From Candidatus Woesearchaeota archaeon CG1_02_57_44 (GTDB lineage: Archaea > Nanobdellota > Nanobdellia > Woesearchaeales > CG1-02-57-44), in the NCBI GenBank assembly GCA_001871415.1, contig MNWW01000066.1:2091-66090 (forward strand): a DNA stretch of 64,000 nucleotides, read 5' to 3'. The notes beneath the pieces were generated by a model. It ran no database searches. It was given only the letters and a program-made list of their open reading frames with translations, and had not been told where the DNA came from. This document shows, one piece after another, positions 27,309-36,671 of this stretch (positions are counted from its first letter, which is position 1; the number at the start of each line of letters is the position of its first letter). A program made the translations under genes and the position numbers.

Positions 27309-27863
27309 ATGACATCGCCTGATGAACCAAGCATCCTGCAGGAGCAACCATGCCCGGTCTGCGGCAAGAATACGCTGACGCTCACCGAAGCCGAAAGGGA
27401 CATCCCGTTCTTCGGCAGAGCATACCTGTTCTCCATGGACTGCTCTGACTGCAACTACCACAAGGCAGATGTGGAACTATCGGAGCAGAAGGAACCCTGC
27501 AAAATTCAATTCGAGGTCAGCCAGGAGCAAGACCTGCAGGTCCGGGTGGTCAAGTCCTCAGAGGCAACGGTCAAGATACCCCACATCATGACCATAACGC
27601 CAGGCCCCAGCAGCAATGGGTATGTCACCAATATCGAAGGGATCCTGAACAGGGTCCGGCGCATGATAGAAACCGCGCGCGACACAGAAGAGGATGACGC
27701 TATCCGCAAGAAGGCTAAGAGTCATCTCAAGCACATCAACCGCGCGCTCATGGGTCAAGAACCCCTTAAAATAACGCTGGAAGACCCTACGGGCAATTCA
27801 GCCATCATCTCTGACAAAGCGAAGGTCAGCGCGCTCAAAGGCGCCGGCAGCCCATCAGGATAA
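27309..27863 (+). CDS. ZPR1-type zinc-finger protein.
   Basis: CPVCG...CSDCNYH zinc ribbon followed by the ZPR1 beta-domain. TTTTTATG (27277-27284) lies 25 nt upstream. Confidence 0.75.
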   Translation: MTSPDEPSILQEQPCPVCGKNTLTLTEAERDIPFFGRAYLFSMDCSDCNYHKADVELSEQKEPCKIQFEVSQEQDLQVRVVKSSEATVKIPHIMTITPGPSSNGYVTNIEGILNRVRRMIETARDTEEDDAIRKKAKSHLKHINRALMGQEPLKITLEDPTGNSAIISDKAKVSALKGAGSPSG

Positions 27864-27957
27864 ACGCGAATGAACAGGGAAGGCCTTTTGACACGCTGTC
27901 GCCTCTGCCATTCTTGACCACGCAAAACTTATAAAGCCATATCGCCAGAATACCAAC

Positions 27958-29505
27958 ATGGCTGCGGGAACTGCAACTGACGCGCAAAAGCGCCTTGTCC
28001 GCTATGGATTCATCAAACCAGCCATGCGAGCCAAATTCAAGGAAAACTATGAAGGAAAGCCCCGCAAGGAGATAGACAAGATCGACGGGACGCTGATAGG
28101 GCAGCTCGCGGATGAAGAAGAAGCGGAAGAAGAGCGCTATATCAGGAGGACCACCGGATACCCCACACCCAGCAAACGCTACCGGGTGATCCTGGAATCC
28201 TTCCAGCAGAGCATCGAGGAATCCTATTTCTGGATACTTGACTACCTGCGCGTGGATCTGTCCTTTCAGGTTGAAAAAATAGTCGACGCGTTCAGCGCCT
28301 CGGAGAACAGCGCGTTCTTTGGCGTGGTACAGCAGCGCATTGGCCTGCAGCAGGAAAAAGTCTCCGCGTTCCTGGCCACCATCGGCAAGATGACGCGTGA
28401 GCTCTTCCAGCTTGTGCGCGAGCTTCGCATTCTTGACGAGCGCCTGAGCATCTATAACGCCAGCATGGGCATCGGCACGGAGGAGAAGAAAAAAAGCGAA
28501 GCAGCGGAGATCACGCTCAAAGGCTACTGGATAGATCTGGTCGAAGGAGGCGCCAAGAATCCCGCGTCGGTCTATGGCATGAGCCGGGATCTTGGATTCA
28601 TGACCCTTCCTGACCTGTTCTTTTCCGCGCCATCCCTTGAGCCAGGAAAGGTCGATGAATACGTGGACAAGCTTGACTTCAATCGCAAGATACGCGAGGT
28701 GCTCAAACGCAAGCTGCACACCTTCGCGGAGTGGAAAAAGCACACCTACGCTGAACTTAAGACAAGGCGACAATTCACGCTGAAATACTTGCGCCAGCAC
28801 TTCAATATCATCCGCATGTACATGGCCTGGGTGAAGCCATACTTGCACAATCTCAAACGTCTCGCGCTTGATCAAGACAAGACAGAGACACCCGACCTTA
28901 TCACCGCGTTTGAAGGCTCTGTCCTCGAAATAGAGATACTGGGAAGGACCAAGGCGGCAGGCAAGTATTTTCCCTGCATCCTGGTCAGTCTACTGTATCG
29001 CTCACGACCGAGCATGTCGTATCAGCAGGAAGGCTACCAGCGAGGCCCCATCCATGTGGGACGGATAGATATCAAGATGCGCGCCTACGCCTGGACGCAG
29101 ACGGACATTGACAATTACAAGAAGATGCGCAGCGATGAGGACATGGAACTGCTCAGCATGATAGACGGTTCAGTCAAGGCCGCTATGGAAGCGCTTGGCG
29201 ATGAGCTTGAAAAATACCTCAAGGAAGCTGAAGAGACCTACGAGTTTGACAAACCCCTTGCGGAAGTCAAGGAAAAGCCACAGCCAAAAAGCGTCGCAGA
29301 CCCCTTCATCTCAGTCTTCAAGGGTTTTGGAGAGATGTTTGGCACCATCATCCCTGTCGGAAATAAGGATAAGAAAACGCGTATTGACAAGAATGACCTG
29401 TATAGGCTTTCATTGAACAAGAAGGACGCGATCGATACTGCTCATTCCCGGATGTGGCGCCTGTATAAGATCTACAAAAAAGCCCACAAGATGCTCAGCT
29501 GGTAG
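27958..29505 (+). CDS. Hypothetical protein, 515 aa, K/E-rich and largely alpha-helical. No P-loop or other known motif recognised.
   Basis: Own TATA (CTTATAAA, 27928-27935) 23 nt upstream of the ATG. Host-like codon usage. The antisense ORF 27835..28875 is regarded as a shadow. Confidence 0.6.
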   Translation: MAAGTATDAQKRLVRYGFIKPAMRAKFKENYEGKPRKEIDKIDGTLIGQLADEEEAEEERYIRRTTGYPTPSKRYRVILESFQQSIEESYFWILDYLRVDLSFQVEKIVDAFSASENSAFFGVVQQRIGLQQEKVSAFLATIGKMTRELFQLVRELRILDERLSIYNASMGIGTEEKKKSEAAEITLKGYWIDLVEGGAKNPASVYGMSRDLGFMTLPDLFFSAPSLEPGKVDEYVDKLDFNRKIREVLKRKLHTFAEWKKHTYAELKTRRQFTLKYLRQHFNIIRMYMAWVKPYLHNLKRLALDQDKTETPDLITAFEGSVLEIEILGRTKAAGKYFPCILVSLLYRSRPSMSYQQEGYQRGPIHVGRIDIKMRAYAWTQTDIDNYKKMRSDEDMELLSMIDGSVKAAMEALGDELEKYLKEAEETYEFDKPLAEVKEKPQPKSVADPFISVFKGFGEMFGTIIPVGNKDKKTRIDKNDLYRLSLNKKDAIDTAHSRMWRLYKIYKKAHKMLSW

Positions 29506-29608
29506 CTCGGCACACGGATATGTTTCTGCGATAGAGAAAGAAGCAGAGCGATTTGAAGCGTATACCAGGGTCTAAAGAATTTTAAACTTCGCTTCCAACC
29601 TACCCACT

Positions 29609-30325
29609 ATGAAGGCGCCAACACACCCCGCGGTGGCCGGAGGCCTGGACGAGATTCTCTCGGTGGAAGAGTTGCGCAAGCTCCCTCCGTTTGAGCGCAT
29701 CAGGAAGCTCAAGGAGCTGGAGAGCGCGCTGCAGGAGCGCATCGATACCGCGAAAAAACTAGAGCAAAGCAGTGAGCGAGAGCTCGTCGCTGAGAACGAC
29801 CAGCAGCGCGCCATCCCCCTGCAGGAGCTCAAGGCCTGGGAGATCATGGACATGTTCAGTCCTGAGGCACGTCTCATGTGGGAATCCAAGCGCTTCGCCA
29901 GCGCCCCGAGGCAGGGCAGTGATCTGGAGGAAACAGTCGAGCAGAAGGGCAGGAAAACCCATGACGGACACCATCAAGACGACTCGAGCCAGGAAGCATG
30001 GAGCATTGATGCCGTACAGGAAGCGATAGCCGCGCAGACGTATCTCGCGCAGGTGGAGCTCGCGCAGCAACCCATGAGCCTGCTTTACAAGGAAGCGCAG
30101 GAACTCTACCATGGCCTGCGGAGGGGTGAGAGCAGCGAGGCTCTGCAAGAGATACGCGACGCGTCGTACACGCTCATGGGTGTGCTGGAGATGAAGGCCA
30201 GAGCCATGGAAGGCGGGCATTATCATATCTCCAGCGGCGCCGAGGAGATAATAGAGATGCTCGATGGCGCGAAACAGATGCTCAAATACGCTGGCGGCGA
30301 TGCGCTTGGCAGCAGGACTGTGTGA
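29609..30325 (+). CDS. Hypothetical coiled-coil protein, 238 aa.
   Basis: Own TATA (ATTTTAAA, 29579-29586) 23 nt upstream of the ATG. No recognised domain. Confidence 0.55.
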   Translation: MKAPTHPAVAGGLDEILSVEELRKLPPFERIRKLKELESALQERIDTAKKLEQSSERELVAENDQQRAIPLQELKAWEIMDMFSPEARLMWESKRFASAPRQGSDLEETVEQKGRKTHDGHHQDDSSQEAWSIDAVQEAIAAQTYLAQVELAQQPMSLLYKEAQELYHGLRRGESSEALQEIRDASYTLMGVLEMKARAMEGGHYHISSGAEEIIEMLDGAKQMLKYAGGDALGSRTV

Positions 30326-30493
30326 ACGAAGCCAGGCAATCATCTGAGCGACGAACACCTGTCAGATTCCTTCTCCTAAAAGCCACTTCTGCAATTCAAT
30401 TCTGGCCTTTGACTTTGTTGGCCTGGCAGAGCATTCATCAGGGAGATCATACACCTACCAGTATGCACAAGACAAAAGAAAAAACAGCGCCGT

Positions 30494-30712
30494 TCAGTGG
30501 CGCATCAGGATAAAACCAGCGACAATCAGCGCAAGGGCCCAGCCAGGAGCACCCACAAGCCATCCCTGCGCCGCACCCAGCCAGTAGAGGCCGATAACCA
30601 GCAGCACCCTGCCCAGCATGCCTGGGTCAGAGCCGCAGCAGCTCACAGGCGCGCAGCACGTATCCATTGCCTTTGATGTCGCAGTCTTTTTTGAAGGACT
30701 CTTTTTTGCCAT
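30494..30712 (-). CDS. Small (72 aa) two-TM membrane protein with a CCxxxxCC motif.
   Basis: TATA-like CTTTATAAAAAG about 28 nt upstream on the minus strand. Hydrophobic C-terminal half. Confidence 0.35.
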   Translation of the reverse strand: MAKKSPSKKTATSKAMDTCCAPVSCCGSDPGMLGRVLLVIGLYWLGAAQGWLVGAPGWALALIVAGFILMRH

Positions 30713-31088
30713 TGAATGATTGACGCACCGCTAGTTTAAAAAACTTTTTATAAAGTCATCCTGAGAAAGGGACAAAAGAAGCGCATTGTTGAGCTGCCGA
30801 ACCGCGTTGGCTGAATTCTGCGTCGGGTAAGGTAGGAAGCTGTCGAATATGCCCGATCACGCGTGGTGCCTGCCATCCGGGCACCTTCCTGGCCACTGCT
30901 TGACCGCTGGGGCCTTATAAGATGCTGGACGCACTGCAGCGCCATTGCTTGCAGTCCGTTATTGGCCTTGCAGCAGAGACATCATCATACGCAAGAGCAT
31001 CCAGGCTTATCCCTTGACGCTGCGCAGCGCAAGAGACGTTTCTCCCTGTCAAAATAGCGAAACCCTTTAATAATGCTGATGCCAGAAA

Positions 31089-33215
31089 ATGTGCATGGTT
31101 GTTTTTGACAATGGCTACCAGAGCGCGATGGACAGTCCGATGCGCGCTCCAGCCAACAGGGCTACCCCCTGGGACAATATCGAGCGACCATTGATACCTA
31201 TCCGTGATATTGGTAAAACGGTCACAGAAGGCAGGGCAGCTGGCGGCACATTCATGGAGAGCGTGCAGGCCGCAATCCGGGAAGGAACCGGCCAGCTTGA
31301 GCTCTCAACGCAGATGGAAGGCCAGGAACCACGCACTGGCGCAGAGTCATACGGCAAGGAAGCGCGTGAGGAGCTTCGCGACATGGCGCGCGTCAACCAG
31401 GTCAAGATAACAAGTGTCCACGCGCCCACGCAAGTAGGTAATGTCTCAGGCTTCGCAGGCCCGGAGCGAGGCTTCATCAATGAGCAGCGAGAGCTGCAGG
31501 TCAATGAGATACGAAAGGCGATAGAATTCGCGGCAGACGTTGCCACGGGCGAGCAGGCGACAGCCATTGTGTTTCACACAGGAGAATTCCACAGGCCCAT
31601 GACCGAAGCTGACTGGAACAAGGACAAGATGTTCAAGACGTACATGGAAGAGCAGGAACGCGCTGTGGTTCCGCTGGTCGATAGAAGGACAGGGCACGTC
31701 ATCCAGCAGGTCAGAAAGAATCAGCCCATCGCCAGGCCCAAGTGGCTTCGCGCTGAGGATGACTACACGTTCACGGACCCTGGCAATGGCGAGCAGACAC
31801 CTGTCAAGAAAGGAGAGTATGTCGATTACTTCAAACGGCCGGTGGGTTATGAAGGCAGGGTGCCTGTGTTCAACTCCGAGAAGGGCAGGTTTGAGACTGA
31901 GCTATGGACATGGGAACAATTTGAGCAACTGGCTCGTGAGCGTAATGTGACGGTCGCCGCTGAGCATAGCACATCTGTTGAGGACCTTAATCCAGACCTG
32001 AAAGTCACGCCTGAAGAGATGTTCCTGGAAACACAGGTAGAGACTAATGAGCGTCAGGCGCGCGGCTGGGCATTGTTCCACAGCAGCAGATTCGATGATA
32101 CGAGAAAGCTCTACAACAAGTTGCTAGAAGCGCGCAAGTGGTACGTGAAACTCGAGGAAAACATTCCCGAGGAGGAGAAATGGCGAATCAAACAGGTCAT
32201 CCATGAGATGGGCGGCAACGCCGCGCGCTTCCTGGGCTCAGAGGAGAAGTATCCGACGGAGATATTAGACAAGGAGATCAGGGACTTGCAGTGGAGCATG
32301 GAGCACATCCGCGAAGGTTCCGTAGGATACGAGATGCAGGCGCGCGAGCAGAAGATGCTGCGCAACAACGCGGTATCGACGCAGAAGTACGCATTGCGCC
32401 AGAGCGCCAAGTCCATGGCAGAAGCAGGCCTGTTCGCCCTTGATGTGACGCAGCAAAAGGGCCTTGACAAACCGATATTCATAGCTCCGGAAAACGTCTG
32501 GCCTGAGATGGGCTATGGCAGCCATCCGGATGAGATAATCCACCTCATCAAGCTGGGCCGCGATAAGATGGTCGAATACCTCACCGCTGATAAGATTGAA
32601 GACCCGAGCATGGTGGCCAAAGACCCGGAGACGGGGGAGATACGCATGGTCGATAATCCCTACAAGCGCTCGGGCATCAGCAAACCCGAAGCACAGAAGC
32701 TCGCCTCAGACCACATCCGCATGACCCTGGACACGCAACACCTGGGCATGTGGTGGCGCTACTTTCAGAAGGAACCTGGGGAGACTGAAGCGCAGGCAAA
32801 AGAGCGCTTCAATGGATGGTACATGGAGCAGATGAAAAAGCTCGTTGACACCGACACCGTCGGCTATGTGCATCTGGTCGATGGCTGGGGCAGAGGGCAT
32901 ACGCATCTGCCAGCAGGCGAAGGCAGCCAGCCCGTCGTCACAGCAATAGAATACCTCAAGAAGCGCGGCTTCACCGGCAGCATCAACAGCGAGGGCTTCG
33001 GCGAGCCAGGCAGGCAGCTCTCACGCACATGGGCAGCGTTCGGCAGCCCCATCTACAGCTCGGCCGTCGGCTCTGAAGCCATGTCAGCGCCCAATCGCTG
33101 GGGTGATGTCTGGCAATCGTACATGCACCGACCACCGCGCACGCCCTACTATGTCTTCGGCGCCTACTCACCCAGCGAGGACTGGACGCTCTGGAGCGGG
33201 GTGCAGATGGAATGA
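31089..33215 (+). CDS. Xylose-isomerase-like TIM-barrel (AP-endonuclease-2 / sugar-phosphate isomerase-epimerase fold) protein, 708 aa, with a roughly 300-aa coiled-coil-rich insertion. Likely start is Met3 at 31095.
   Basis: The Endo IV-like motif order is conserved: GGTFMESVQAAIREG; VHAP; IVFHTGEF; LDTQHLGMWW (D..H); HLVDGWGRGHTHLPAGEG (H.xD...H..G.G). BRE/TATA GCGAAACCCTTTAATAA at 31056-31073. Confidence 0.65.
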   Translation: MCMVVFDNGYQSAMDSPMRAPANRATPWDNIERPLIPIRDIGKTVTEGRAAGGTFMESVQAAIREGTGQLELSTQMEGQEPRTGAESYGKEAREELRDMARVNQVKITSVHAPTQVGNVSGFAGPERGFINEQRELQVNEIRKAIEFAADVATGEQATAIVFHTGEFHRPMTEADWNKDKMFKTYMEEQERAVVPLVDRRTGHVIQQVRKNQPIARPKWLRAEDDYTFTDPGNGEQTPVKKGEYVDYFKRPVGYEGRVPVFNSEKGRFETELWTWEQFEQLARERNVTVAAEHSTSVEDLNPDLKVTPEEMFLETQVETNERQARGWALFHSSRFDDTRKLYNKLLEARKWYVKLEENIPEEEKWRIKQVIHEMGGNAARFLGSEEKYPTEILDKEIRDLQWSMEHIREGSVGYEMQAREQKMLRNNAVSTQKYALRQSAKSMAEAGLFALDVTQQKGLDKPIFIAPENVWPEMGYGSHPDEIIHLIKLGRDKMVEYLTADKIEDPSMVAKDPETGEIRMVDNPYKRSGISKPEAQKLASDHIRMTLDTQHLGMWWRYFQKEPGETEAQAKERFNGWYMEQMKKLVDTDTVGYVHLVDGWGRGHTHLPAGEGSQPVVTAIEYLKKRGFTGSINSEGFGEPGRQLSRTWAAFGSPIYSSAVGSEAMSAPNRWGDVWQSYMHRPPRTPYYVFGAYSPSEDWTLWSGVQME

Positions 33216-33730
33216 GACCGTTCCAGGACGTCAAGAGCGCGTATGAAGAGCTGTATGTATCCATGCTGCGCTCAGGCAAGCCCACGTGGAAGCCCACAGA
33301 AAAAGGCTACTGGGGCATGGCCGTATCTGATGAAGTGCACGAGCTGCTCAGGCAGTTGAACATGGGCTCGCAGCACAAGCTGCTGGACCTTGGCAGCGGT
33401 GATGGCAAAGTCGTCTTGATAGCGGCGGCGCTGGGCATGGACGCCACTGGCATCGAGCATGACAAGGAGCTGCATGACATCGCTGAAAGCATGCGCAAGA
33501 AACTGCGCCTTCCCGCGACCTTCATCAACGCCGACTTCAACGACCACTCATGGAAGGGATTTCACCTAGTGTTCAGCAACCCGGACCAGCACCTTGACGA
33601 GGAGAAGCTGCAGACAGAGCTGACCGGACGGCTTGTGGTGTACGGACCGCACTACCATCCCAATTCGCTGCGCAAACACCGCACGCTGGACATACAAGGG
33701 ACGCTCATCAGCGTGTTCGGGAAGGAGTAG
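33212..33730 (+). CDS. Small class I SAM-dependent methyltransferase (172 aa).
   Basis: Motif I LLDLGSGDGKVVLIAA. ATGA start/stop overlap with the upstream TIM-barrel gene, implying co-transcription. Confidence 0.65.
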   Translation: MRPFQDVKSAYEELYVSMLRSGKPTWKPTEKGYWGMAVSDEVHELLRQLNMGSQHKLLDLGSGDGKVVLIAAALGMDATGIEHDKELHDIAESMRKKLRLPATFINADFNDHSWKGFHLVFSNPDQHLDEEKLQTELTGRLVVYGPHYHPNSLRKHRTLDIQGTLISVFGKE

Positions 33731-33811
33731 CGACAAAGAGTTCCTGCAGGGATACCATCACCATTGGTACGCGCATCATCATATCACACCCACCTTTCTG
33801 CTACACACCGC

Positions 33812-34798
33812 TCAATTGCCATGTGCCATTTCCCTGTACAGCCCCCACGCATCCTTTCCCGTCACGGTGTCAGCAAGCTGCCTCAGCACCTTTATGAACG
33901 CGGCATCATGCAGCCCATTCATCGCTGGCTCCGGGATACGCACCTCTGTGCGCACACCACCAACATTTCGCTCCACAAGGATGCGGGCCCAGGCGAAGGT
34001 GAAGGCAAACGCTTTCGCTTCTTCTTGCACAGGGTCATCGAGCGTCGGGCTCAGCACATGGCCAAGCTCATGGCCAGCGACGACAAGCATGCGAGCAAGC
34101 ATCGCTTTCTGCAACACTATCTCTGAGGTCATGACACGTCCCGCAGCACTGCCAAGCCCTAGCGCGGATCCGGCATCAGCGCTATCGGCGGCCCCATTGC
34201 CATTGAACGAAAGCCCCAGAACGCCGTCATTCGCTCTGCCGCCGACAACCAACTGCAGTTGCCGAAATTCCAGAGTCGCGAGGATAGTCACCAGGATATT
34301 GTCCGGCAGCTGTTGGCCTGAAAGAGCCGAGAACGCGTCATCGAGCAATGGACGCAGCGGCCCGTGATGCGGCAGTGCCTGCAGTCCAGGCCTGCCCGTG
34401 CCTGCCATGAAATCATCAGCAATGAAGAGCGGGGCGTACTGCGCGCTCTTGGCGCCCGCGCCACTTGAAACGCCATACAACAGCGGCGCGCCATATAGCA
34501 TCAACCCCGCGTTCGCGGCTGACGTGTACATCGGGATCATCTGCTGGGAGCTGGTCGGCTCTACTGCTGAAAGGTACGCGACATGCCCTCCAACGCGCGA
34601 TCCGCCCTGGCTGACAGACCCTCCTGCAATCAACGACAGATCGTAGGACGCGCTCGCATATGCAAGTGAGCGCATGCCTGCGCCACCCCGACATCCCTGC
34701 TGCGCGCTGTATGCCGTCGCGATGCCCCCGGCAGCGCCCGCTCCAGCGTACTTGCTTCCCGCACCACTATAGCCGCAGCTGCGGCAGCCATATCCCAT
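33812..34798 (-). CDS. Putative HExxH zinc metallopeptidase (ImmA/IrrE-like HELGH core) with a long Gly/Ala/Ser-rich low-complexity N-terminal region.
   Basis: VVAGHELGHVLS motif. TATA (CTTATAAG, 34819-34826) about 21-28 nt upstream of ATG 34798. GC at all three codon positions is too uniform to test the frame. Confidence 0.4.
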   Translation of the reverse strand: MGYGCRSCGYSGAGSKYAGAGAAGGIATAYSAQQGCRGGAGMRSLAYASASYDLSLIAGGSVSQGGSRVGGHVAYLSAVEPTSSQQMIPMYTSAANAGLMLYGAPLLYGVSSGAGAKSAQYAPLFIADDFMAGTGRPGLQALPHHGPLRPLLDDAFSALSGQQLPDNILVTILATLEFRQLQLVVGGRANDGVLGLSFNGNGAADSADAGSALGLGSAAGRVMTSEIVLQKAMLARMLVVAGHELGHVLSPTLDDPVQEEAKAFAFTFAWARILVERNVGGVRTEVRIPEPAMNGLHDAAFIKVLRQLADTVTGKDAWGLYREMAHGN

Positions 34799-34962
34799 GT
34801 TGATTCAGAAGCAATTCCATCTTATAAGCACTACTTGCCTCAAAGAAACAGTTCCGTGGCAGGCGCGCAACAGCAGTTGACTTTACTGCGCTCAATCGCA
34901 TTCGCGTCGTATCCCCTGTATCGGATACAGCATCTTCAGGAAAAATCTTCCAGACAACACCT

Positions 34963-35667
34963 TTATTTCAAACCAGCGCTCCGCAGCTTCCGATACAATG
35001 TCTCGCGCCTGATACCCGCGTGCCTTGCTGCTTGGGTCATGGACGGATATAACGTCAGCAGCAGGCGGAAATATTGTCGGTCGAATTCCTGGTCAGCGTC
35101 TGTCAATGGAATAACCGCTTCAATCTCCTGTGCGATACCATCAGAAAGCTCAGGAACCGACTCATAGAGCCGATGCAATCTATCCGGATGCAGGATGTCC
35201 GCATATCCTGCAATGACGTGCGAGAGCCTCTCACCGATCATATCACGAGCCACGTATTCGGGCTTTGGTAATTCCTTGCGTATTGCCTTAACATCGATAC
35301 GCAACTGCTTTGCCATGCGATGCAATGTCTTACGGTCAATGCCCAATGCTTTCGCGGCCAAGCTCACATTGCCCCAACGCATGGCCAGTGTCCGTCTCAG
35401 CAATTCAGCGCGGAACCTGTCGCGCGCCTCTCGGTAAGGCAGGCGCACGTCAATCGCGTACGGCAGAAAGGGTTTGGCCATGACATCAGTGATGTCTTTT
35501 TGCAGAGCAGGCATATGCGTGCCAACGCTCCTTCGGACCGCGCTGTCTATCGCCTCGAGGAGCTCATCCATGCCAGGCATGGAGCATGTGGGGCAATCCG
35601 TGCATAAAAATGCTTGTGCGATACTGCGCCACCAGCGCCGCATGCCTCCTGCCCCTGTCCTCGACAC
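34963..35667 (-). CDS. Protein with two Fis-type (HTH_8) helix-turn-helix motifs; putative DNA-binding regulator.
   Basis: RWGNVSLAAKALGIDRKTLHRMAKQLRI and AARHAGIRRETLYRKLRSAGL resemble NtrC/Fis C-terminal HTHs. Confidence 0.5.
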   Translation of the reverse strand: MSRTGAGGMRRWWRSIAQAFLCTDCPTCSMPGMDELLEAIDSAVRRSVGTHMPALQKDITDVMAKPFLPYAIDVRLPYREARDRFRAELLRRTLAMRWGNVSLAAKALGIDRKTLHRMAKQLRIDVKAIRKELPKPEYVARDMIGERLSHVIAGYADILHPDRLHRLYESVPELSDGIAQEIEAVIPLTDADQEFDRQYFRLLLTLYPSMTQAARHAGIRRETLYRKLRSAGLK

Positions 35668-35822
35668 CCGCCCAAATCGCGCCCAACAGCAGACACCGCA
35701 ATACCACCAATACCATTACACAATAGTAATAAAAGTATATATAAACCGAGGACCCCTGCGGTAACTATCAATGTCGGGAAAGAGAGGTGAGCAGGGCATT
35801 TTCGCCCTGTCTTTATACTACC

Positions 35823-36647
35823 ATGGAATTTGATATCAGCCGCAAGCCGAATCCCAATGTCCAGCACTACGCGGACAATGATATGACGGCGGTCTATGAT
35901 TTCTCCAGCAAGGCCTACAAGGAGTTCGGCAATTTCATCAAGTGCATCGTGCTCTTCGGCGGAGCAGCGAAGCGCTCGAACCATCATGACATCGATGTGC
36001 TGTTGGTCGTCGATGACCTCTATATGCAAGTCACCCCCGAGCTGGTCGAAGCCTATCGCGTCATCATCGAGCGCATGGTCAATGATACAGACAAGCGCCT
36101 GCACATCACCACGCTCAAGCTCACCAGTTTCTGGGAATACGCCAAAGCAGGAGACCCCATCATCATCAACATCTTGCGTGACGGTATCGCGGTGCTCGAC
36201 ACAGGATTCTTCGAGCCGCTGCAGAGCCTGTTCCGGCAGGGCAGGATACGGCCGACGCCTGAAGCGGTCTGGGCATACTACGCCAAGGCGCCGATGTCCA
36301 TCAGCAACGCGCACTGGCGCCTGGAGCAGGCGGCCTTCGACCTCTACTGGGCAGTCATCGACGCTGCCCACGCGGCGCTCATGCACATTGGAGAAATACC
36401 CCCAAGCCCTGAGCACGCAGCCGACATGCTCGAGCAGAAGCTCGTCAAGCGAAAGCTCGTCAATGCCACGTGCAGCAAGACCATGCAGAAGTTCTATGAC
36501 CTCTCCCGCGACATCCTTGACCGCAAGTCACGGCTGACCGGCAAGGACTATGACCAGCTGCGCAAGGAAGCGCAGGAGTTCGTCGCTGAGATGCGCGGCT
36601 TTATCTGGCAGGAAGATAAGGGGAAGAAACAGACTGCGACAAAGTAG
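35823..36647 (+). CDS. Fused Pol-beta-type nucleotidyltransferase + HEPN-like domain protein (KNTase-like architecture).
   Basis: NTase motif FGGAAKRSNHHDIDVLLVVDD (GG..., DxD). The helical C-terminus carries R...H (RLEQAAFDLYWAVIDAAHAALMH). The track ORF begins at GTG 35787; ATG 35823 is preferred. Confidence 0.6.
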   Translation: MEFDISRKPNPNVQHYADNDMTAVYDFSSKAYKEFGNFIKCIVLFGGAAKRSNHHDIDVLLVVDDLYMQVTPELVEAYRVIIERMVNDTDKRLHITTLKLTSFWEYAKAGDPIIINILRDGIAVLDTGFFEPLQSLFRQGRIRPTPEAVWAYYAKAPMSISNAHWRLEQAAFDLYWAVIDAAHAALMHIGEIPPSPEHAADMLEQKLVKRKLVNATCSKTMQKFYDLSRDILDRKSRLTGKDYDQLRKEAQEFVAEMRGFIWQEDKGKKQTATK

Positions 36648-36671
36648 ACCAAGGCTCGATTTCTGCCAATA

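Noticed and set aside
27835-28875. 346-aa minus-strand ORF overlapping the 515-aa gene.
   Set aside because: Shadow ORF: no promoter, composition typical of antisense. The plus-strand gene has a TATA at the correct distance.
33633-34367. 244-aa plus-strand ORF antisense to the HExxH gene.
   Set aside because: Pro/Ser/Ala/Arg-rich nonsense. The minus strand has the HELGH motif and a TATA.
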